In this document: in pieces, positions 28,233 through 37,120 of the stretch
Numbering within the stretch: the stretch's first letter is position 1
How the letters are laid out: every line of letters starts with the position of its first letter
NCBI GenBank assembly: GCA_965242965.1
Contig: OZ251518.1
Span: 64,001-128,000, forward strand
Reading direction: 5' to 3'
DNA length: 64,000 nucleotides
Origin: Candidatus Poribacteria bacterium
Lineage (GTDB): Bacteria > Poribacteria > WGA-4E > WGA-3G
Translations under genes and position numbers: made by a program
Notes under the pieces: model-generated
Told to the model about the DNA's origin: nothing
What the model saw: the letters and a program-made list of their open reading frames with translations, nothing else
Databases searched by the model: none

Positions 28233-31200
28233 TTATTTTACAACGACAATTTTGCCAACTTTATTCCGGCGCGTTTCGCCTTGGCGCGCGGTGAATTTAT
28301 AGAGATACACACCGTTCGCAAGCGGTTCACCATCGGCATCCAACCCATCGTAGTGGAATTCGTTGTAGGAGACAGCCGCGTCAAGTGTGTCAATCGCTGT
28401 GATGAGGCGGCCGGTGAGGGTATAAATTTTTAGCGTTACCTCGTCCGCGCTCTCTGTCAGGTAATAGGCGAAATCGGTGCCGCGCCCGGGCGTAAACGGG
28501 TTCGGGAAATTCGCAATGTTCTTAATCTCAAACTCTCCTGCGACGGTGGCTGTCCTGCCTGTGGATGCCGGGTTCCCATTTGCATCCTGCGCTTGCAACC
28601 GAATGGCATATTCACCCGCCTCTAAAATGGGCGTATAGGTTATCAACAGCACATTGCTATTGACAGGCGAAGCGGCGATGACATATTCGTCTTGCGGCAC
28701 GCGCTCGCTGTTTTTGGTGAGGACGATGTTCTCCGGACGCGTGTCAACGCCGTTGGCATCCTCAATCCGTGCAGAAATCGTGGGCGTATCGGAAATATAA
28801 TCGCCATCAATGAAGCCTTGGTTTTCAACAGTCAACTCCAGCGAAGGTGGACGTGAATCGGCGTGGGACAGCAGCGCGAAGGTGCCGGGCAACTCAACTT
28901 GGGTTGAGAGTGTCTCTTCGCTGCGCGTTTCATCGCCAATGCGAATCCAATTCCCAGTCCTCTCGTCCAGCATATAGATGTGGTGAATATCTGTCACCGA
29001 CGATGCCTCGGAAAAATGGAATGTAGCAGTCGCCGCAAATCCGTTCTGCGCGTCTAAACCGAGTTGATAAGCCATAGGGGCTGCTGAAGCAGGAACGATA
29101 TCGGGTTGATTGGTAATCGTCACCTCTTTCCGGTCAAGCGTCATAAGCGTCGGTGTTTGAATGCTGCCTGGCGTAAGTGAGAGCCGCAACGTGCCATCGC
29201 CACTCACGATTTCCCGCTGCTCCGGCGTGAGCAGAATCCAATTGCTAGAGAACCTTCGGGTGGCGGTGTTATTCCGCTCTCTGCGTTCAATGATAACCCC
29301 TTTTGGCAGTTCTGCCGATGGCATGTCCACAACTACCGTGACGAGATAATTGCCGGGGGCGGGTTGCCACCGCACACTCGCCTCCACTTCACCACCCGGC
29401 GGCACTTCTGCCAACATCTGAACTGCACCAATCGGTGTGGCGTTTTGGAGATCTTCTTCAAGGAGCACTGTCTCTTCAGTCTCCTCCGTTGCTGTTGTTT
29501 GGAGAAATTGGACCGGGACGTTTCGCACAAGCGCAGAACCGAAGTTCACAATCTTCGCCGAAAGCGTGAAGGGGGATGCGTCATCAACATCTGAACTTGC
29601 CCAGACGATGGTTTGCTCTAAAACACTCAAATCTACGTTGCGCTCACCAAACTCATAACTCTCTATCTCGGTTTGGAGGCTCCGGCCGTTCTGCAGCGTG
29701 ACTTCTAGATAGTAATCAATTAACTCCCGTTCCGGATAGCCGGGAATGGGCTGCTCGGTGCGATAGGTTGCACCCCTGTGCCGCACGACAGGAATTGTCT
29801 CAAATTCCAGTCCGTCTAAACTCCAAAACAGCGTCAGCGAATCAAGCGCGTTCTCGTCTTTTACCTCGCCGTAAAAATGCACGGGCTGGTTGGGTTCAAC
29901 TGGGTAAGGCGAGATGCGGATGTCAGTAATGTATCGCTCAAGCGCAGTATAACTGACAGAACCGACGGTATCTTCCTCCGCATTCCACGCGTAAGCGCGC
30001 ACGTCGCCCTCATCAAATTGGCTATTTGCGGGGAGAGATACGGCTACAGCGAACTTGCCATTGACAACAGAAACTGTCTCTTGCTCCGGTGGCGCGACAG
30101 GGAGTTCATTGCCACGTGGGATTGCTGTTGGAACAACGGTAACTTCAGCCTGTCCGTCAAAATTGCGGTTGGATAGCGTGCCGGTCACGGATACCGAATC
30201 CTCGCCTACATCGGCGGTTACTGCAATCTGGGGGAACGGTAACCGGAGCCGAGTCGCCGGATCTCCGAAGAGGGTGAAGACTTCCGCTAAGTCGAAATAG
30301 TGCGGCGCGTTAATGACAAATTGGGTTTTCGCCTGCGCAAGAATGGCACCGAGGTGCCTTACCGGTGTCGATTCCGCAAAAATCGCATCAAAAATCTCTC
30401 TGTTAAGCACGTAGTCGCCCTCAAGCAGCCCGATGCTAGTCCCGCCGATGACTGCAATTGCCCCACCATTCTGCGAACGGAGCAGCTCCTCGGCGAGGCA
30501 GCTCTGATTGCCATCAAAAAAGCCGGTGAAGCACGTCATGCTGATAACAAAGGGGAGTTGTTCAATATTGGTGAGGTTCTGCTCGGGGTCCTCCAGGTCT
30601 AACATGCGGCTCGATGCCCAGATACCGCCGCCACCGTGTCCGATGTAGTTGACGAGGATGGCACCGTCGTTGAATCCATCAATCACTTGTGTTGCGATGG
30701 GCGAACGGACGCGCTCGTCGAAGGCTTGCCCCTCGTTCGTCGGCGCGAAGATGTCCTTCACTTCATAAGTCGCCGCGAGATTGTTTCTGCCGATGAGCCA
30801 ATTGGTTTGGGTATGAAATATCCATTCCGTGCCAGCGAGCATGAGGAGCCGTTTTTGCCACGGCCCGATTTCCGCTTGTGTCTCATAATTGATGGCTCGC
30901 TCAACGAATACCCGCGCATCCACCCGATTCCTCGCCGGCATTCTGCCGATGAACATGTCAGGAAAATTGTCATCCCCGCGGAAGGTGACGAACTGATGGT
31001 CTGACGCTGTTGCACCGTATCCCGGAATCTGCACTTGTATGGTGGGGACAAAACTGAGTTCGTTCTTCAAGTCAACGTGCGTGTCGCCGACGAGTAGGAC
31101 ATAGGTCGGCGCGGGCGGCTGCCAGTTTTCGTAGGCATATTTCAGGAATTCGCGAATCGCATACGGATTAAGGATGCCGTGACTAAACTCATCGTAAATA

Positions 31201-33215
31201 TTTTGGATATTGACAACCTTTGTCCGCAAGTTACCGTGTTGCGCCCGGAAATCGGCAAGGGGTTGCACGTCCGGCAGGAAAGGCGTATCGGTGATGATGA
31301 TGTAATCCGCGCCGTTGTGCATGCCGCGCAACTCGGATGGGGATGCTTCAACGATTTGCGGTTTACGGAATTTCTCTCGCGTCAGCGCGATGTATTGCGT
31401 GTCGGTATCTTGCGCATTCCGTGAGACGAGTGTGTCCCGGAAGATGACGCGGTAGGTGCCCGTTTCTTCATCAAGAAGCGGATTTAACCCGACATACCGG
31501 GAGCCGTCAACGCCATAAATTTCAATGTCGCGCTCCGAGAAATTGTTCAATTGCACCTCAAAATTCGGGTTCACGGTGCCGGTTTCGTCGGCGAAAGGTG
31601 TGATGGAGAATCGAAGGATGTCCTTTTCTACGTCAAACGTCCGCCAATAATCGACTTCAAACCAGTTCACCATCACGATGTCCAAGAGGGTGCTCGGGAG
31701 AAGCGCGCGGAGGGAATTGTTCCCGTTTTTGAGATAGGACTGCAAAAGTGCAGTATCCTCAAATTGATACTCCGTCTCCCCCTCCCACCGCAATTGTTCA
31801 AAATTGAGTGTGTCGTTCAGCCACAAGCCAATACGGTGTTCCGTGTCCGATCTTCCGTAGAAACTCACTCTCAGCGTTGCAAACCGGTCCGTCCCTGCAA
31901 CCCCCGCGAGTGTGAAGCCCAAAGCGACAGAACGCCTCGGTTCACTTTTTTCGGTTTTGAGCGTGGGTAGCGATTGCCAGAACCAACTGTCATTAGGCAG
32001 CGCGGGTAGTTCTGTTAAAACGAAGTTGCGGGTTTGGAGTCCTGCGCCAATCTCCTCATATTCGCTCCCTTCCGGGAGGTTTGCTTTAGGAAACCGCCGA
32101 AATTGGTTATCCTTTTCAAAATGCGCGCGGGTAAGAAAATGCTGGTAAACCTGCGCGTTTTCGTTACCGGTGAGGGGTGTTTTCGTGGCCATCCGGAGGC
32201 CGCGCGCGCCGTTCCACGAAAGCCAATAGACGTTTTCGTCGGAAAAGGGATGGAAGTAGGTAGTTTCGCCGCGCGGGCGTTGCCCATAAAAAACGATTTC
32301 ATCGTTGGCATCAAACCTTCCATCGCCTTCGCCGCGCACGAAGATAGGCACTTGCCGCCCTTTGTTTGACAACGTCAATGTGGCTGGCACAATAGAACCT
32401 ATGTCTACGCCGGTGGCTTCCGCCAAGTCGCGTCCCGTAATGTGGTGCATGCCGCCGGCGGTGACGAGAATTTTATAGCGCGGGGTAGATACAGTCCCAG
32501 CGGGACTAGCAGGCGCGCTTGGTGCCATTCCTCTTTCCAATGTTAAGCTCGTAGAGCGAGGGCTTGCGGCGCGCCACTGCTTCGCGGTTTGTGGGTTTAT
32601 CAACATATTCCCGAACATCGCGTCGTAGACAGGCGATTCGGGCCGCTGAAAAGCCTGCGATGCAGCCGGCGCGCTCCCTGAGCGACGAAACTGCACCTCA
32701 ACGACAAGTTTATGATAGAGGCGCGCTTCCCCTGTCGCAGGATTATACTGCACCGGATTGAGTTGAATAGGTAACACGCGGTTCTCTCGTATCCACCCCG
32801 CCTTTCCGAGTTCAGCGAGATTCGCCGGGATGAAGCCGTTGCGAGGGACAACCCCTCGTCCTACGTTAGGATTTTGCGCGCTTTGCACACGGCGCGTCTT
32901 GAATGCCTTTTGGACGACGCGCACCTCAAATCCAACCTCAGGCGGAACACCGATTAACGTGGATTGCATCGGTAATGGCGGAAACCTCCCTGGCACTGTC
33001 GTCAAACGACATCCGGGAAAGGAAAATGAAGGAAATTGGCTCTCCGCTTGCGTTCCAATGTGAAAATCTCTCTCGGCGATGACAAGCTGAATTGTTACGC
33101 TTTGCGGCGTAGCGCGCACCAATTCGATTTGGCCGCTCGCTTGGTTGCGCGCAGCAAACGCCGTTGTGCAAAAGAGCAATAAAATTGTCGTGAATAGAGT
33201 AACCTTGTATTTCAT
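28233..33215 (-). CDS. C25 (gingipain/PorU-like) cysteine peptidase with propeptide, CARDB-like and FlgD-like C-terminal domain
   Basis: ADYIIIT, IYDEFSHG, YVLLVGD, GRMPAR, NYIGHGG (His), SMTCFTG (Cys), LFGDPA, IANFPNPF...NGVYLYK; alternative start 33245. Confidence 0.88.
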   Translation of the reverse strand: MKYKVTLFTTILLLFCTTAFAARNQASGQIELVRATPQSVTIQLVIAERDFHIGTQAESQFPSFSFPGCRLTTVPGRFPPLPMQSTLIGVPPEVGFEVRVVQKAFKTRRVQSAQNPNVGRGVVPRNGFIPANLAELGKAGWIRENRVLPIQLNPVQYNPATGEARLYHKLVVEVQFRRSGSAPAASQAFQRPESPVYDAMFGNMLINPQTAKQWRAASPRSTSLTLERGMAPSAPASPAGTVSTPRYKILVTAGGMHHITGRDLAEATGVDIGSIVPATLTLSNKGRQVPIFVRGEGDGRFDANDEIVFYGQRPRGETTYFHPFSDENVYWLSWNGARGLRMATKTPLTGNENAQVYQHFLTRAHFEKDNQFRRFPKANLPEGSEYEEIGAGLQTRNFVLTELPALPNDSWFWQSLPTLKTEKSEPRRSVALGFTLAGVAGTDRFATLRVSFYGRSDTEHRIGLWLNDTLNFEQLRWEGETEYQFEDTALLQSYLKNGNNSLRALLPSTLLDIVMVNWFEVDYWRTFDVEKDILRFSITPFADETGTVNPNFEVQLNNFSERDIEIYGVDGSRYVGLNPLLDEETGTYRVIFRDTLVSRNAQDTDTQYIALTREKFRKPQIVEASPSELRGMHNGADYIIITDTPFLPDVQPLADFRAQHGNLRTKVVNIQNIYDEFSHGILNPYAIREFLKYAYENWQPPAPTYVLLVGDTHVDLKNELSFVPTIQVQIPGYGATASDHQFVTFRGDDNFPDMFIGRMPARNRVDARVFVERAINYETQAEIGPWQKRLLMLAGTEWIFHTQTNWLIGRNNLAATYEVKDIFAPTNEGQAFDERVRSPIATQVIDGFNDGAILVNYIGHGGGGIWASSRMLDLEDPEQNLTNIEQLPFVISMTCFTGFFDGNQSCLAEELLRSQNGGAIAVIGGTSIGLLEGDYVLNREIFDAIFAESTPVRHLGAILAQAKTQFVINAPHYFDLAEVFTLFGDPATRLRLPFPQIAVTADVGEDSVSVTGTLSNRNFDGQAEVTVVPTAIPRGNELPVAPPEQETVSVVNGKFAVAVSLPANSQFDEGDVRAYAWNAEEDTVGSVSYTALERYITDIRISPYPVEPNQPVHFYGEVKDENALDSLTLFWSLDGLEFETIPVVRHRGATYRTEQPIPGYPERELIDYYLEVTLQNGRSLQTEIESYEFGERNVDLSVLEQTIVWASSDVDDASPFTLSAKIVNFGSALVRNVPVQFLQTTATEETEETVLLEEDLQNATPIGAVQMLAEVPPGGEVEASVRWQPAPGNYLVTVVVDMPSAELPKGVIIERRERNNTATRRFSSNWILLTPEQREIVSGDGTLRLSLTPGSIQTPTLMTLDRKEVTITNQPDIVPASAAPMAYQLGLDAQNGFAATATFHFSEASSVTDIHHIYMLDERTGNWIRIGDETRSEETLSTQVELPGTFALLSHADSRPPSLELTVENQGFIDGDYISDTPTISARIEDANGVDTRPENIVLTKNSERVPQDEYVIAASPVNSNVLLITYTPILEAGEYAIRLQAQDANGNPASTGRTATVAGEFEIKNIANFPNPFTPGRGTDFAYYLTESADEVTLKIYTLTGRLITAIDTLDAAVSYNEFHYDGLDADGEPLANGVYLYKFTARQGETRRNKVGKIVVVK

Positions 33216-33249
33216 AGCCTGAGTCAACTTTTTCCGTAGGGGCATCCTA

Positions 33250-33427
33250 TAATCCCGGAAATCTTGCCTAATCTTGAAAATCCTGCTTGGATTGCAGACG
33301 CTCGCGGGGGACAGGCCCCCGCGCTACGGTGAAAAAACTAATCCTGGAAATCCTGCTGCGATTGAAGGCACTCGCGGGGGACAGGCCCCCGCGCTACGGT
33401 GAAAAAACTAATCTTGGAAATCCTGCT
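33250..33427. repeat. 9-mer repeats plus 70-bp tandem duplication of REP unit
   Basis: CTCGCGGGGGACAGGCCCCCGCGCTACGGTGAAAAAACTAATC at 33301 and 33371. Confidence 0.85.
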
Positions 33428-34028
33428 TTGATTGCAGGTGGTATACCTCAATTTCGCGGAGTTGCGCCATCGCCGGTTGCATCACCCGATAGTGCGGGTA
33501 ATACTGGCCGACGAGGGTTGTCCGCCTGTCTACGATTCTATCCCCCGGTTGCGTAACGATTTTATTCACGATAATATCGTCAACTGTGCGCGTGACGTTG
33601 ACGCGCAGCATCTGGGTTTGAAAGTTCAGTCTGTCAAAGACATACATCGGTTGCGCGCGTTCGCCATCAAGGTTGCGTCGTTGCACAACGGTATGGAACG
33701 TCTCCCATTCGCCTGTCTCCGCGTTCAGGTAGTCCATCTCAAACCGGAACAAGTTGCCGTTGTGGACGACAATTTTCCGAACGGGCTGCACTTCAGCGAA
33801 TCGGATGATGAAGTTCCGCTCATTTTGGGCGGGGAGCGTCGCCACGGTCTGCAGATTTCCATCGTTCAGCCCGGGGTGATTCGCTTCGGCTCCGTAGTTA
33901 GTGAGCGCGACGTTCGGGCTATACTGCGTTGATAAAACCTCTGCCATTCTGCAGGCGTTCAGTAAGAGACAGCCGCATAACAGACAGAGTAGGGACGCGA
34001 AATGGAGACGGTTTTTCCCTGTTTTCAT
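33408..34028 (-). CDS. Hypothetical lipoprotein/exported protein, possibly discoidin-like
   Basis: LLLNAC lipobox-like, NDGNLQT and LREIEVY motifs, AGGAGG RBS. Confidence 0.65.
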   Translation of the reverse strand: MKTGKNRLHFASLLCLLCGCLLLNACRMAEVLSTQYSPNVALTNYGAEANHPGLNDGNLQTVATLPAQNERNFIIRFAEVQPVRKIVVHNGNLFRFEMDYLNAETGEWETFHTVVQRRNLDGERAQPMYVFDRLNFQTQMLRVNVTRTVDDIIVNKIVTQPGDRIVDRRTTLVGQYYPHYRVMQPAMAQLREIEVYHLQSKQDFQD

Positions 34029-34182
34029 CTTTTTCCTCCTACCCCCCTGTAGGGCAAGATCGTCTGAAGCTCTGGCACATTTGCCAAGCGATCTTGACCC
34101 GGTCGGGAGCAGGTGCTCCCGAACTATAGAGGTGAGTCATTAAGCACCTAACGATGCTAGCGTGGGTTTTTGTCCGATAACC

Positions 34183-34464
34183 CTAATCAAACGCCTCGCG
34201 AACGGCGAAAGAATCAACGATGCCCATCACGAGTTCACGGATAGGCGCGTCTTCAATACCAAAGACTTCTTGGGCAACGCCGGGGCCTGCCCCGACAATC
34301 ACCGTATCGCCTTCGCCCGCGCCGACGTAATCCACCGCTATCGTCGGTGTGCGAACCACCTCGGATTTCAGGCTGAGCGGTTGGATGAGCAGCAGCGTGC
34401 GGTTCTGATACGCCGGATGCTTCACAACTGAGACAACTTTGCCTATGACTTTCGCGAGATACAT
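34183..34464 (-). CDS. EutN/CcmL family microcompartment vertex (BMC-P) protein
   Basis: MYLAKVIGKVVS, IAVDYVGAGEGDTV, MGIVD. Confidence 0.92.
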   Translation of the reverse strand: MYLAKVIGKVVSVVKHPAYQNRTLLLIQPLSLKSEVVRTPTIAVDYVGAGEGDTVIVGAGPGVAQEVFGIEDAPIRELVMGIVDSFAVREAFD

Positions 34465-34537
34465 AGTGATACCAAATTAATTGAACGTGAAACGTAATCC
34501 TGGAAATCTTGTGAATCTTGTATAATCCTGATTGGGA

Positions 34538-34819
34538 TTACTTCGCATCCTCAAGCAGCGAGACAGAATCGACAAGCCCAACGATTGCGACATCAACGGG
34601 CATCCGTTTGCCGGGGCTGACGCTCATGGCATCTCCACCTGTGACAAAGTAGACGTTCTCGCCTACGCCTGCATCCTGCAGCGTATCTACAGCGACGAGG
34701 GGCGCGGCACAAGGGTTTTCTTGCTCGTCCAAAGGTTGCACGATGAGGAGGCGTGTCCCAACGAGACTCGGGTCTTTCCGCGTTGCGACGACAGTGCCAA
34801 TCACTTTTCCTATATCCAT
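34538..34819 (-). CDS. EutN/CcmL family microcompartment vertex (BMC-P) protein
   Basis: GKVIGTVVATRKDPSL, VAVDT..AGVGE, PVDVAIVGLVD. Confidence 0.93.
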   Translation of the reverse strand: MDIGKVIGTVVATRKDPSLVGTRLLIVQPLDEQENPCAAPLVAVDTLQDAGVGENVYFVTGGDAMSVSPGKRMPVDVAIVGLVDSVSLLEDAK

Positions 34820-34857
34820 TAGTGTTATCTTCCCCGTAATTTCTTCGTATTTAAGTG

Positions 34858-35085
34858 AAGGGGTTTCATAAATCCCCGTAGGAGAGACCTCCCGGTCTCG
34901 ATTCCTGCCGCCGAGTCTCTCCTACCGGAAGGCATTGTGCCCACCTCTGTAGTTCGAGATCGCCCGATCTCGAACGGGTCAGGATCAGGCGATCCTGACC
35001 TACAGGGGTGAGGCGGTCTGACCGCCAAACGCATGGCAAGGGACAGACCCTCGCCCTATGTAAAGGGCGGCGTTTTTTACCGTAG
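34858..35085. repeat. REP cluster beginning with a MITE terminal repeat
   Basis: GGGTTTCATAAAT followed by GTAGGAGAGACC and GTAGTTCGAGATC hairpins. Confidence 0.8.
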
Positions 35086-35101
35086 ACCCGGCAAATCCTG
35101 C

Positions 35102-36568
35102 TCATAGTTTATACTCGCTCAATTTTGTATGGAGCGTGTTGCGGTTAATGCCGAGCAGTTCAGCGGCTTTGCTCCGATTGCCGTTGGTATGTTCCAGCAC
35201 AATGCGGAAGAGCGGTTTCTCAAAAAGCGCGCGAACATGCGCGTAAAGTTCCCCCGCACCCGCTTCCGAACCCTCCTCCAGATAACCTTCAATATAGCCG
35301 CGGAGGAGCGCGGTTACGTCTGTTATTGAATAGTCTTTGCCGACATCCGGCTGTCCATCGTGCCCGACATGCGCGAAATGTTCCGGGAGCAGCATCTGTC
35401 CCGCGCAAATAACCAGTGCGCGTTTGATGGCGTTTTCAAGCTCCCGCACGTTGCCGGGCCACTCGTAATCCGCGAGTTGCTGAAGCACCTCCGATGAGAT
35501 GCCGATGTCCGGCAGCTTGTATTCTTCAACAAAGCGGCGCGTGAACAGGGATACCAATTCCGGAATATCCTCTTTCCGTTCCCGCAGCGGCGGCAGCGCG
35601 ATAGGGACAACGTTCAAGCGATAGTAAAGGTCTTCACGAAACGTCTTTTCTTCTACAGCCTCTTCCAACCTACGGTTGGTGGCGGCGATGATACGGACGT
35701 TGACAGTGCGCCGTTCGTTAGAACCCACCGGTTCAACCTCGCGTTCTTGGAGGACACGCAGCAGTTTCATCTGCACTTGCGCGGGCAGTTCGCCGATTTC
35801 GTCAAGGAAAATAGTGCCGGTATCCGCCTGCTCAAACTTCCCTTTTCGTGAGGTGTGTGCATCAGTATACGCGCCTTTGACATGTCCGAAGAGCGCGCTC
35901 TCAATGAGACTCGGCGTTATCGCACCGCAGTCGAAAACCACGAACGGGTTATCGGCGCGCGGGCTATTCTGGTGAATTAATTGCGAGACGAGCTCTTTCC
36001 CCGTGCCGCTTTCACCCAGAATCAGCACGGTTTCATCGCTGACAGCGGCTCTGCCTACCATCTGATAGACAGCTTGCATTGCGAAACTCTGTCCGACGAG
36101 CCTTCCTTGTCTGTCAATCTCCATCGCGGACTGCGATGCGCGCTGGGTGTTGACGCTTCGGAGTGCAGACTGTGTCTGGTTCGTCGCCGAGGCGGCGCGC
36201 GCCACTAAGTCCAGAAGTGCGGTTTTGTCCACAGGCTTAGTGAGATAGCCATACGCGCGTCGCTTCGCCGCATCTATCGCCGTCTGTGTTGTGCCGTGCG
36301 CCGTGATGATAATGATAGAAGCGGTGCTGTTGAACTTCTGGATATCCGTGATGAGCTCCAGCCCATTCGCATCACCTAAAAAAATATCAAGAAGGATGAC
36401 ATCAACACTGCTTTTTTTTGCGGTGGCGAGTGTCTCTTTGCCATCGCGCGCCGTGAGCGTCTGGTAACCTGCTTTCTCTAGGACAGCGGCGAGGACGCGG
36501 CGTAGGCTATCGTCATCGTCTGCGATGAGAATCTTTGGACCGCGCGATGCGTTCGATAAGGGTTTCAT
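35102..36568 (-). CDS. sigma54-dependent NtrC-family response regulator (REC-AAA+-Fis HTH)
   Basis: ILIADDD, LLDIFL, GESGTGKE, GAYTDA, FLDEIGE, WPGNVRELEN, LGINRNTL. Confidence 0.93.
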   Translation of the reverse strand: MKPLSNASRGPKILIADDDDSLRRVLAAVLEKAGYQTLTARDGKETLATAKKSSVDVILLDIFLGDANGLELITDIQKFNSTASIIIITAHGTTQTAIDAAKRRAYGYLTKPVDKTALLDLVARAASATNQTQSALRSVNTQRASQSAMEIDRQGRLVGQSFAMQAVYQMVGRAAVSDETVLILGESGTGKELVSQLIHQNSPRADNPFVVFDCGAITPSLIESALFGHVKGAYTDAHTSRKGKFEQADTGTIFLDEIGELPAQVQMKLLRVLQEREVEPVGSNERRTVNVRIIAATNRRLEEAVEEKTFREDLYYRLNVVPIALPPLRERKEDIPELVSLFTRRFVEEYKLPDIGISSEVLQQLADYEWPGNVRELENAIKRALVICAGQMLLPEHFAHVGHDGQPDVGKDYSITDVTALLRGYIEGYLEEGSEAGAGELYAHVRALFEKPLFRIVLEHTNGNRSKAAELLGINRNTLHTKLSEYKL

Positions 36569-36586
36569 AAATTCCTCACGTTTTAG

Positions 36587-36802
36587 GAGCAGGATTTCCG
36601 AGCAGGATTTACAGGATTATCAAGATTTACAAGATTTCGCAGGATTTCCAATAATTTGTGATATTTTAGCATAAAATGCGATTTTTTGTCAAATTTAGGA
36701 GCAGGATTTCCGAGCAGGATTTACAAGATTTACAAGATTTCGCAGGATTCGGTGCAGGATTTAGGAGCAGGATTTACAGGATTATCAAGATTTCGCAGGA
36801 TT
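36587..36802. repeat. Dense array of ~9-bp CA(A/G)GATTT(A/C) repeats around divergent promoters
   Basis: e.g. CAGGATTTACAAGATTTACAAGATTTCGCAGGATT. Confidence 0.85.
36663..36692 (-). promoter_or_regulatory. sigma70 promoter for NtrC-like gene
   Basis: TTGACA-N18-TAAAAT with extended -10 TG. Confidence 0.6.
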
Positions 36803-37120
36803 GTGTTTAATCTTGCAAAAATAAAATTATGTGGTATCATTAAGGGGGAAATTGATTTTAGGTTTTTTTGACGAACGAAGGAGGGTTTTGCTTTAGTTAC
36901 CGTAGGGCGAGGGCCTGTCCCTCGCCGGGCGCAGGTCTTAGCAACAAACCTCCGTAGTCTCTGGTTTGCGGGCGTTTCTCGTTTTGTTTGAGAGATCGCG
37001 GGGGGAACCCTCTCGCCTGCGCGTGTGGCATGCGAGGGCCCCCGCGCTACGATAAAAAACGCCCCGTATTACCGTAGGAGGGACCTCCGGGTCCTGATAC
37101 AGAAAAAGGAGAAATTCCAA

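Noticed and set aside
34072-34090. sigma54 promoter TGGCAC...TTGC
   Set aside because: GG-to-GC spacing is wrong and the sequence sits in the loop of a REP-C variant
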